64,000 bases of DNA from the human T2T-CHM13v2.0 reference genome, Homo sapiens. The position numbers were made by a program, and so were the translations under genes. Of the stretch, positions 28,033 to 40,732 are shown piece after piece (position 1 is the stretch's first letter; every line of letters starts with the position of its first letter). The DNA lies in NCBI RefSeq assembly GCF_009914755.1, contig NC_060925.1. One strand, given 5' to 3'. Below the pieces are notes generated by a model. The model did no database searches, was not told the origin of the DNA, and saw only the letters and a program-made list of their open reading frames with translations.

Positions 28033-29644
28033 AAATAAATCAGATAAACATACCTATACCAGTGATTTTAGTGTAACTAAAATATACCATGGATAGCAAT
28101 ATAGTATAAAAACTATGTAACTATATTCCAAAAGAATTTTACAACTATTGTCTATTAATCTTATTAAGCATTTTGAAGCTCTATATATTTCTTGTTTGGA
28201 GATGGTACTTCATAATATAATAATTCCAATATACATAAAACATATAATTTACTTTCTAACTTGAAGAATGAGTTTATTGAAATAAACATAAAGCACTTTA
28301 TTTATACACACATGCACATGTACCCACACACATCCATACATTATATATATGGATATATATATATATATTATATATGGATAAACTGCTATTTCTAATAGCT
28401 AATAAGCAAAGTCAGACAACTAATCCCCAATAGCATACCAATCTGAGATGAAAGGTTCAATAATGAATATATGAGAGGACTATTTCCAATGATCGATTTT
28501 ACAGATTGATATTATTCTCAGATTAAACTTTCTTGTTCACTAGTAGAAAAGTAAAATGATGATTTATGCTACGGTCAATACCACTACATATCTTAAGGTA
28601 TTAACAAAACAAAGTTTTGGAGGTAATATAGTCACTCTGTAGCTACAAATATTCAGTGGCACCTTTGGAGAGAATGCAGAACTGTTTTCCATATGAAAAA
28701 GCTAGAGGTAAATTGAAATTTATTTACTTTTAGCAAATGAATTTAAAAAAGAGGAGTCACTACTCATGTCACTACCAACAGCATAATCTGAGGAGGTCCT
28801 CAAACTTTCAGTTCACACCATTCCAAGCTAACTCAATTTTAATCTTGTTCCAGTCTTCTGGGTAAAAAAAGAATATAATTAACCTAAATAGTTACTATAT
28901 CAATGCTGTGTATTTTGTCACCATGGTAGACACTGGGGACACAAATAAAACTAGATCACAGTCACTACCCACCCAGGAACTCCTAGAAGAAGACTGACAT
29001 AAGTGAGTAATTTTTAAAATAATGATGTTACATTCTCTCAGTTGATTACACTCCAAAAAAGCTTTTGGATAATCAACTCTGACATTTTTTATGCTGAAGA
29101 CAGTTAAGAGAACTTCCATACACCAATCCCCAAAAGTAGAATAAGTCCTGATGACCTTTATAATGGATCCTGATTAGGACAAGCAATGATCTATAAGAGT
29201 TCTTTTACTTAATGAAACCAAGCCAACCACAACTGGAACTTTGAATACTAACAGATACATCTGTCAGCTTCTCCTTAAGTTAATCAAAGGAACAAAACTA
29301 ATATTTGATGGCTCCCAGAAACTCCCCTTTCAATCCTCCACTACCACTGAGGCTGAGGTTTGTCCATAAAATGGTAAGAGTAATATGGTCTCTACCACTG
29401 AACTTAAGTGCAGGCTGAAGAGCTATCTGGATTCTAACATCACCTTTTACCAGAACCTCTTTTTATTTCTCCTTGAAGGCAGTCAGGTTATTCACCCAAT
29501 GACCTGGTATTTTCTGTGGTTTAGCTGCATGATGTGTACATTAATATTAGGCCCCAGGGCACCATAATAATAAGATAAGCCTAGGAGGCTGTATAGAAGC
29601 ATTAGAACACCCAGCAAAGTCAACATGGACAAGTGGCCAAAAGC

Positions 29645-29865
29645 AAGGGCCTTGGAGAAAGCTTGGCAGCATTCAAATTCTGGGTCTACTACTTACTAGC
29701 TGTGTGACTTTAGGCAAAATCTTTCACTTCTCTGTTTTTCAGTTATCTCATGGGTAAAATCAGTATTTTGATATCAGCTTACTTCCAGGAAAACTGTCAC
29801 AATTAAATAAGATTCTCTATGAAAGTGCATATGACAGAACCTTGTACATACTGAGCATGTATTTG
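29645..29865 (+). mobile_element. MIR SINE
   Basis: ttcaaattctgggtctactacttactagctgtgtgactttaggcaa...tcagttatctcatgggtaaaat. Confidence 0.8.
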
Positions 29866-31771
29866 GTATTAGGGCTCACCTGGAGATATAAGGAAAAGTT
29901 TTCTGGAGCTATGATATTTTACTTAAATTTCGAAGTATAAAGTAGGAGAAGGTGTTTGCTGATGGAAGAGAATGAGATAGACATTCCAGGGTGAGTGTTC
30001 AAAGATAGGGGAGAACACAGGCAAGAGGTTTAACATCACTAAAGTGCAAGGTAAATGGAAATGGGCTTGGGGAGGTGGGAAATGGCTGGTCTTGAGCCTG
30101 GACATAAAGATATGCCACATCCTGAAGGGCACTCTAACCCAATTAGACAACAAACTTATCCTAAAAGCCAGTGAAATAATTGAAGTTTCATTTGCATGCA
30201 AAAGGAAGAGTAACAGTCAGCAGTAGGTTGAGCTCCACTCTTAGACTCTAAAGACAGAAGTAAAGGAAAGACAGACACCACTTCAATATTTACATTTTTT
30301 TCTTTCTGTGCAGAGCTACCTAAGAGCACCAAGTATGAAAATGCACTAGAGTTCTTATTAGCCAGCTACTGCTCTTTCTGGCAGTCATCCTTTCAGGGAG
30401 TCTATGTGAAAATCTGAGTGAGGAAGGAAAGCCAACTACCTCACACAGTCTAAGGTTCACTCCTTTAAGCCCGGATGTCAGTTTACCAGTCAAACAGAGG
30501 AAGGAAGCTTCCCCTGATACTCTGTGCACTCAAGTTCTATGAATAGGGAGCTTCATTTGCCTGTACAGTACAGAGCCATTCAAGAGCAATTAAATTTGGT
30601 TAAAATAAGAAAGAAATGCTTTTTAAGAAAAAAAAAAAAGAAGATTTGAGGGGATTGCAAAAGTTAATTGTGCTAAAGCACTTTTACACAGGTTTGTTTT
30701 AGTTCTCAATTGTCAAGTCGTATTTAAGCTGGTCTCTTACTCTGAAATATGATAACCTTTCCTTTCTCTAAGTTCTTTCTCCTAAATTAATAGCACTGTC
30801 TCTAATTCCATGCGCAGCAAGCAAAGAGTTTATTTTACCAGATAACAGTAGGTCTGGTGATCAGCCAATGTCTAAAGAACCACTAGCCAAGTTAGTAGTA
30901 GGCCAAAGACTGCAACTGATAAATAGATATTACTCACTAAATCACTTTAAAATTGTCTTTCATCTTTGCTACAAGCTAGTATTATTCATGTTGAGTTCTG
31001 ACACAAGTGAACATATAAAAGAATACACTTACCTATATCAATAAAACCATATTAGGGTTTTGAAGGAAGGAGAAAGAAATACATTAGATGCATTCTAAAA
31101 CAGAAAGTATTTTAAAATGGAAAAAAAATACCTTTAGGTTTTGAATTAAATTGCAAGAGAATTTAGAAGGAATATGTCCTCATGTAGAAAGTGCATTAGT
31201 GTATACTGAAAGCTACACTGAAAACTGCATTTAAAGTCGACTCTTTAGTGAAAGAACTTAGGGAACATTGCAACTTTTTATAACATCAGCGTTTATCTCT
31301 CTTCTTTGCTAAGGAACAAAACTTGAATGGTCAAAAAAGAAAAAGTTTGGTTTCCTCTCACCACTCCCAACTCAGGTCACATTTCCCCAGTATTACATGA
31401 GGGAAGTGAAGGAGTAAAAGCAGAAATGCTGACCAACGCTCAGTCCCCACTTGCAGTTGCCTTGAATTCCTAATGATCACGCCATCCATGCTTGATTACT
31501 TCTCCAAAAGTAAGGAGAAAATAAAAGTGTATCTAATAAAATTCTGGCTTTTAAATACCTAAACATAATCATTAAAAATTGTATACAATGATGGAGATAT
31601 CTCAGCATTTTTTAAACTCCATATTTACATAAAATGGTATAGTTAATTGTGAGTATAAAAACTCATGATAAATGCTTTCACAGTATAATCTTCAGGACCC
31701 TATGGCCATGTATTGCTTTTCCCTAAAAACAGAAAGACTCTTAATTTGGTGGGAATACTAGTTGAAGACTG

Positions 31772-32782
31772 GACTTCTAGAAATAAATTTTGAGATAGAA
31801 AATCAAAATTTTCCTCCCTTACATCCCTGCAATTTCACATGTGGTAATTAAATTTGTAATAGTTGTTGACAACACAACAGATATCATGGTAGCCTACTAA
31901 GAGTGACTACTTCCTATACATTAACTGCCCATTTATGCCTAAGCTAACAGATACTTATGTAATTTCAGATACTTTGACAATCCAAAATAAAAACCTTTAT
32001 TAGAATTTGCACTACTACGTTCTCTCCTATTTTTTTCTTCAGTTTGCCACTTGTTTAAAAAAAAACTGTTAAACAAACAACACACAAGTGTGTCATAATG
32101 ATTATCTGACATTAATAAAAGTCATACTATATGTATACATAAAATATATGTCATCCAATCAATTGAAATTAACCTGAAAATATCAGAAATTTGCCATTTT
32201 TTATTTGAAATAAATATATAATTTTCTAAGCTTCTTAGAAATTCAAAGTTGGACCTAGTCTTCTATTAACAACTTTAGAGAGCATACAAAACTATGTTCT
32301 TAATCCAGCAATGAATAGAGTATTACGCCTTCTACTTTGATGTAATCTTATAAAATGACATAATTAAGAATACAAATGATCAAAAATTACCTTTCTTCAA
32401 AGGTAGTAAATAGAGTATTTAAAAAATTCATTCTGTAACTATTTTCTATTTAAATTTCTTTATATAAGACATTTTCACTATATCTACCTTCTCACTAATC
32501 TAAACTCTAGCAAATATATGGTCTAATAATTTCAGACTTCTGGAAATAAATATAGCGATAATATATCGAATTCTTTCTCTTTTACTTCCTTGTAATTTCA
32601 CATATGGTAATTAAATTTGTAATAGTTGTTGATTGCACAATGGTAGTCCATTGAGAGTGAGTACTTCCCATAAATTAAATGTCAATTTTTTCCTGAGCTA
32701 AAAGGTACTTACATTAGTTTCAGGTGTTTTGACAATCCAAAATAAAACTTTAATTAGAACTTGCACTACTAAGTTCTCTCCT
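31772..32782. repeat. Diverged direct duplication of ~250 bp (copies 31772-32028 and 32535-32782)
   Basis: Collinear shared blocks including an identical 28-mer TGGTAATTAAATTTGTAATAGTTGTTGA and TTTGACAATCCAAAATAAAA. Confidence 0.9.
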
Positions 32783-35619
32783 CTCATTCCATTGTCTCAG
32801 ACTTCTATTATTTAAAATTCTTTTGATCACCATTACAGATCTTCACTCTACTCAGAAAAACCTTGAATATTACAAGAATATTTTTTATGAGGAAGAGTAT
32901 TCAGCTGACAACTTTTTGTGTCTTAGTTTCCTCATTTATTGAGAAGGTAAGATTGATTAGCAATTTCTATAATTTCTAGTGCTAGCATTCTCTTTTAAAA
33001 ATCTTATATAAACACCTTTTTTTAACCTTTTAAAAATTCAGCTTGTATTACACAGAGACTCTCAACCAAACTTGATTTAAATCCTTGTTATCATGAAATA
33101 GCCAGCATCTCACTAAATTAATCAGAGTGAAGAGAATTTATCCTAGGAAAAAGCAAATTTTTAGAAAAGAAAGGTGACTCTTTATACAATTTTCTTAGCT
33201 AGAAAGCCAACCCATAAATTTGAAAAGAGATGTTTGCTTTGCTGTATTTTAAGGATAACTTAACATGAACAACCATGTGGTTCTATTTTAGTCACAAATT
33301 GAAGAAAATAAAAAACCGAAAAAATATTAATTTTTTACCAATTATGTTATGCAAATACATTTCTCACTTTGCTACTGCATAACTTTGTTTAAAACTATAC
33401 AAATACCTTTTAGAGAATAACTTCTATAAAGTATCCCCTCAGTTAAGCATTAATTATGAAGCAAATTGTCACTTTAAGATATTAAGAAACTTAATTTCAA
33501 AACTAATGGACAACTAGGTAAAAGAATCTGTGCCACCTAAACTGAAGCTATGTGTGTAAAGCATGCAGAAAGGTGTTTCTCTTTAGTCTATATTCTTTCT
33601 CTATTATAGTCCTGATCAATTTTGAATTTAAAAAACAAATGGAAAGACATAATATTAATGAGTTTAGCAAACACTGCATTTCTTATCAGAAGCATATCTG
33701 AGTTTCTGATTTCTGATTAAGGAACCAAATGGACAAATTCGATCTCTTTGCACTGTTGGACTAGCACATACTCTGGAAGCCAGGACCATTTCACCTGCTG
33801 ATCCTGGGCACTCAAAACTACACTTCTTCAGGGCTCACTATCGATTCCTGACAAGCTTCCAAAGTTCCCAGTTTGATCAGCCTTTTACAAGATACAGTAT
33901 TGGCTTAACTGCCAAAGGTTAAATGTAATTTTAATTAGTAAAAAGTGATTCAATTAGATTTTTTTTTTTTAGTGCTTCATTATAGCTAAGTCTAACTCTT
34001 ACTTAAAACCCTTACATAAACTCATCTATCTTAAGATAATCATAGTGTGGTCACTATGAATTCCAGGTAAACCCCACCTCCTGTGAATAGTAAGTAATGG
34101 ACTAACTGCCAAAGAATATCAATAAATCGCTGAGATACATCATTTACTTTAAAAATAAACATATATATGAAACATAAAATTGAAGTTAATGTAAATAAAT
34201 ATTTATAAAAATCACACTTAACCTTGTTATTCTAAATCACAGCAAGGATTGATTTTTAATGAGTATAATAAATATTTCCAAGTTATAGTTTGATTTTTCA
34301 AAGTAAAATAATATGACTAGGTATGAAGTCATAAATTTTCTTTAATCCATTCACTTCCAAGAAATTTCTCTATATTATTTTCTTTAGAGTCTAACTTTGT
34401 TTTGAACTCAGATGTTTTAAGGTTTTAATGTTTTAATTTTATATAAAAGTAGTATCTGTTTTAAATTATCTTTGTGCTTAATATCCAAATCTTATCACTG
34501 TACCTCAATGAAATCAATGTCATAGTATGATGCTGGGATATAATATCTTTATTTAGAAATTGGTATAAAATCTTACTTCAACCACAAATCTAAAGGTTAT
34601 TATCAGAAGTGGACACTGGGTTTATTTTTCCCTTGTGTGGTGATTCAGGATTTGTAGCCAATGTTTTCTTTTTAAGCATTAATATACTATTATTCCCTTT
34701 TTGAAGTTAATTAAGGGATAAGAATGCCTACAAAAGTGGATTTATGTTAATATGTGGCCTCCCAGGAAAAATGAGCACTAAACAGCTTGATAAAACACAT
34801 AACAAAATCTTAAAATATAAATATCTAAACTACCACTTAACTTTCAGGGCATTTCATGAAGAAGAAACCCAACAAAATCTAATCCTTATACTTTGCTATT
34901 TCTATCATTACTTGGCTTCATAAAAATAGGGAAAGTTGTTTTCCCACCATTTATTTGATGTGGTACTGGGATGCTGTTTAAAAGTGTTTCAGGTATGTTG
35001 CTAGACTGAAAATAGAAAATTTATGCATGAAAAGTACAGAAATTTGATATTAAAAAATATTCACATATCGCCACAGAAAGGCTCAATGTGGAAAATAAAA
35101 ATAAATAGCTTCAGTAAAATAATCCCTGAATCCATGCAAAAGTGTCTCTCGGAGCTTGTATTTCATCCATCACCGAAGAAATTCTCAGTTCCTATAATTT
35201 TCAATAAATAGCTGCCATTACAATATTCTCATTTACATGCGTGTGTGACATGCTGAAAAAGAAATGGCATATCCATTTTTCCTTAATCAAAGGTCCTTTT
35301 CCAGTACCACTGTAGTTAAGAGGGACTTACAGAGGCCTCATGTCCCACGGTAGACGCAGGAATTCTAAATAATAAACAAAACCAGCAGAGGGCAGAACTG
35401 CTGACAGAATTGACCAATCCAACCGGTGACCAGGTACCAAAAGTAAAATACAAACTTTTTGATGGATTTCACTTTCAAAGACACTCTTATCTATCCTTGA
35501 AAATGTGGAAATGAATGAATCAACATAATTAATCAACATAATAACTCCTTTCAAAATTCAAATATAGTCCTAATAGGACTTTCACTGTATTTAGCAGGAA
35601 AAGTCACCCAAGGGAATAA

Positions 35620-36300
35620 TCTAGCGCTGCCTGCTACTCGGGAAGCTGAAAGCCACTAAGCGTGTGGAAGGAATAACCTGGTCGCAGAGATCGGCCTCCG
35701 GGAGGGCTGACTCTCATTAGGGAGAGCTCAGATCTTGGCATCTAGACCCAGGGCCACACTCAAGTTTCTGCTAAAGCCTACGCATTTGGGCTTGACCATT
35801 TTTATCTCCCTTGACCCAACCTCGTCAGTCACCCTCCTTCCTATCCCCCAGCTTCTTTCTGCACTCCTCACAAAGCTTGCTTTCTACTCTAAGCTGTCTG
35901 GGCTCCCTGACCTCCAAAGGCTTTCGCCTGCCAGTCGATTCTAAGGCACCTAACGGACCGCTCCAGCCAGATGCCTTTTCGGGAAAGGGCGGGGGAAAGA
36001 GGGAGGGAGAAGGCGGAGGGGAGGAGTGAAGTCGCTCTCCCTCCGTGGGTACTGACAGGGTTGCAGACTTCCGAGCAGGTCTGGCCATTGAATATTTGGT
36101 GGTGCCACGTAGGAACTGTTCCTTACCTCTCTCCTCCCACCCTACCCACACCCCCTCCCCTTCCCTCCCAATCCCTAGTCCTCCGCCCCCACCCCATTTG
36201 CTTGGCGACTTTCATCATTCTCCAAGAGAACTGCACGTCCAACCTGCGAGAAGAAGCGGAGGGGTGGGGTGGGGGGAGTCACTGAAATTCAGGGGAAAGT
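35620..36300. promoter_or_regulatory. Second GC/CpG-rich block in proximal intron 1
   Basis: Many CpGs and G/C runs; non-repetitive; ~0.7-1.3 kb downstream of the exon 1 donor. Confidence 0.55.
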
Positions 36301-36770
36301 GTTCTCCCTATCTTGAACCTATTCCTAATAATCTGCCAATTTTTGTCCACTTAAAATAGATTGACCCTCCCCCGCCCCCCAAACACACAGAGTGTTCCTA
36401 ATCTTCTAGATTCACCCCCCTGGTTTCTCTTATATCCCCAAAACTAAAACAGCCTGCTTCTCACTTGGTTGCAGACAAAGAACTTTATCAAGGTTCATTT
36501 TATACCCTTTATATTTTCTCCTCAGCTCACCCTTAAAAAGATATTCCCATTAGTTAGAATCTGAAGAAACCAGATGTGTTCCAAGGGCAGTCTAAAGACT
36601 GTGCCTCAAACAAAAGCTTTGTATAACTGCCCTTGTGTTCAAGGTAATATTTTTCCTCTTTTCAAAGAGGCTGGAAAGTGGTGAAGGGCATTTTCAGCAG
36701 GCTCTCCTCCTGACAGATCTTTTTTTCCTGCTACCTACCTCGTCTCCCTTTATTGTCCCGCCTACATTCA

Positions 36771-37373
<603 letters not shown>

Positions 37374-37700
37374 GCCCCTAAAGGCTTCATGCCGTCAGTG
37401 GGCTGGACGAGTGGCTCCGGGCAGCCCCCTCCTCCGCCCACTCCCCTCCCTGCTCCCAGCTCCCCCTCCCAGGGCGAAACTGACAAGCAGGCTGAGGGTC
37501 AGACCCAATCACACGACTCTGGGGCGGCCCCAAGCCCGCCCCCGCCTCCCTCAGCCCAAGAATGAGGACTCCGAGCAGGCCCAGCCCACCAACCACCCCC
37601 CATCTCCCCACTCCTCTCCTCCCTCCTCGCCTACCAAATCCCCGAGAAAAAATGGGAGGGAGTTACGGGGGACGCGTGCTTGGCTCCAGCACTTTGGGAA
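37374..37700 (-). promoter_or_regulatory. TATA-less COL11A1 proximal promoter with Sp1-type GC boxes and inverted CCAAT (NF-Y) box
   Basis: CCAAT on + at 37505-37509 (ATTGG on gene strand). GC boxes at 37431-37440 (cctccgccca), 37521-37527 (ggggcgg) and 37535-37546 (cccgcccccgcc). No TATAAA near the TSS. Confidence 0.85.
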
Positions 37701-40685
37701 TGAAAGGAATTGCAGGAGAGCCCCGGAGCACACGGAGTTTTCAAGGAGCTTCTGTATTCAATAAAAACAGCTACTTGTCTACTTGCACCCGTCTGTTAGC
37801 CTCTCGCTGGTCGGCGGGAGAGGGGAGGAGGCCAGCGCCTGATCGGCCACACCGCTGGAGTCCTGGGCTGGCAGCGGTAACCTTATCCTTGTGCAAAAAT
37901 CTGCTTCGTATGGCAGACGTGGAACCAGTGGACTCATTGCGCTGCCTACTCTGAAAAGTGTTTTTATTTTTATTTTTTTAACCCAATAATTAGAAGAAAG
38001 GAATGAAGATAGAATGGAGGGACCCTAGAAGTCAAAACCTAGAGCATGTAGGGAAGTCCTCTTTGGAGATCTGAAACTGACAGGTTTATCTCTTAAACGT
38101 TTAAATTCAGCACTAGGTTCATTCAGTGGCTTTCCTCTTAAAAGAGTTGAACTGTACTCTGAGGGAGAAGGAGGAAAAAATTTATGGGAGCTGACATTAA
38201 GAGGGTGAGTAATTTAATTTTCCAGCTGATTCTGTTCTGATCCTGGATGAGGGGGTACTGAGGAGTGTGTAGAAAAGGCGAGGAAAGCAACTAGCAGAAA
38301 TCTCCAAGAGGCTCGGCCCACAGCTCCTCATTAAGGGCCTGGCCCTGGCCCTCAGCCTCGGGAGCCAAAAACGTGGTCACTCCACAGTGAGAGTAATGAA
38401 GAGGGCAGGTTTCTAAATTCCCTCTCTACTTAACCCATCCTCAAAGTAATCCTCTTACACCTGGAATATAGATTCCCAAGTCACTTTTTCCACGTTAAAA
38501 TCATTCCATTCTATTGACTCCTTTTTGTTCGTTAATAATTCCTAAGATGTTTCTCTCAAAGATTTTCTGGAACAGTGCCCATCAGGGTGCCAGCATACAT
38601 TAGCCACTCAATAGAGATGGGTTGGATGAATGAACACATTTTTCTGTTGACAAAGACTAGAAGCATTGGCCAGGGCCTACTTTGAGTATTTAAGTCATTT
38701 AAATGCTTAAAGGCCCTCAACTAAGTTTACTGGGTACATATGTTCAATTCTACAGCTGCCACTAATCTTTAGGAACTCAGTTTTCTATTAGTCATCAAAA
38801 TATGCCTCATGATCTATCAGATTACATCAAATCTCTTCATGCAGTTTAAAATTGGAAGAAAGGTGATCAAAGACTAGATTGAGCCCTTATAGGGGTATAA
38901 CAGCATGAACAGAGACATATAAACTGAAGAAAGCAACTAGAAAATACCTTCAATATAAATATCACTCTCCATAACAAAGAACTACTCCTTTATCAAGAAG
39001 CTATCTCTTAGATCACAGGTAAAAAAATACTTGACATTTGTAATGCTGTTGGCAGAATGTTTGGGATGCCTCATATCAGCTGCAGAGAAATATCATCAAC
39101 TAGTTCTTCAGATTACAACCTTAAACTGTTGGTTAAAATAATTTAATATCATATTGCATTTGAACCTGAAATGCACAATTACAAATTAAGACCCTTACAG
39201 TAAAAATATATGTATTTACCATCTTCATTATCCCTCATCGTCTCACAGATGGAAAATTTGTATATATTGGCTGTTTCCAAACTTGTGTACAAACTGATTT
39301 TTCTGTCGACTCTTCAGATATTTTAAAAATTACTTTTTACATCTTCTCTCAAATGTAAAATAGTGAAATGAATGCAAGTTTAGAAATACGTATTTGTGAA
39401 GCTGCCAGAATTCTAAATCAATTCAATAGCCAGAGAGAGTTACGGTGCTTGTAGCAACATGTACAAATGGTGTTCCAAATTGTCTCTTAATAGCTCTCAA
39501 ATTTATTGAGAGTTCTGGGGCCTGATACTGTTCTAGAAGGTGAGAAATGATGCAGTCAATCTAGCAGTCCCTACTTTCTGGTCACAACTCAGACCTTCTC
39601 ACTGCTGTGAAAGGGTCCTTTCAGGCAAAGCATCTTGGGTGAATAGAGTTATTACCACCTTATGCTCTCTGTACTTTGTGGTCTGAATTCCTCTGGCCAC
39701 TGCCCAGCTAGGCATAATCTGGGTCTCAATGAATGCCTCTAGAAGGAAACATAGCAAATTCATGGTGAGGAATAATTATATCTAAGCCCTGTAGTCTGTT
39801 GCTAGATGCCAGATCTAGAGCCTCCCTAGGAACCAGCCCATGGATTTACAGGAGATTAACTCAGTGAAAGAAAGGATAATACTAAACAACAATGGGAGCA
39901 GGGGAAAGCCAGAAGAGAGGCACCTTAGCTAACTTCAACTTCACACAGGGGAACTTCCAATGGCATCATTTCCTGGGCCATCTTTCAACCAGTCCTTGCT
40001 AATTGTTTACGTGTAGATTCAAAATATAATAAAACAGGCAGTTTTCCTGACATAAGTCTTTAGTTTGAAGCACAATCGGTGATATTTTCCTATTTTGTCA
40101 CATTTACAAATAATGATGTTTAAAGTTATTTTTTCAGCTTTGTAGAATTAGTTATTATTGGCAAGATTTTCAAAAACAGGCTTTGAAAAGTAGAGAAAAA
40201 ATAGTAATTTTTCTGTAGCAGCATTTTAAATTAACCATTCGTCCATATTGGCTTGTCAGAGAAACTGAGATAATAATTCGACAATGGATTGGGAGGTCAA
40301 AGTAAGGAAACTTAAAGTTCTAAACAATCTTCAGAGCCCACAGAACTTTATGAAACATTGTAAAAAGCTCATAAACCATCCTTCACATCTTCACAAATCT
40401 CTAGGAATCAGGGGAGCTGGACTCAGAACCAGTGTTTGAAACATTAAGACCTCTACAACCAAAGGGAGACTGAAGACACCTTGACAATAGCTGGATGCCC
40501 CTAATACAAATAGTATTAAAATATTGACAGAACTCTATAACAATCCTTAAATTACTACAGCTAGAATTAGGGGAAAGAAGAAGTATATTAGGTAACACGA
40601 TTTTATAAACAGTGCATCATCTTTTAAGTCACTTGGCATGTATTCCCCTTTTCTCATACTGATGTTTCATCCCCCTATTTTTGAT

Positions 40686-40686
<1 letters not shown>

Positions 40687-40730
<44 letters not shown>
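40687..40730. repeat. (TAGA)11 tetranucleotide STR
   Basis: Perfect repeat counted directly. Confidence 0.95.

Positions 40731-40732
<2 letters not shown>

Noticed and set aside
36608-36623. ACAAAAGCTTTGT as a paired SOX9 site
   Set aside because: Half-site spacing is shorter than the canonical SOXE dimer motif; such motifs are frequent in AT-rich DNA.
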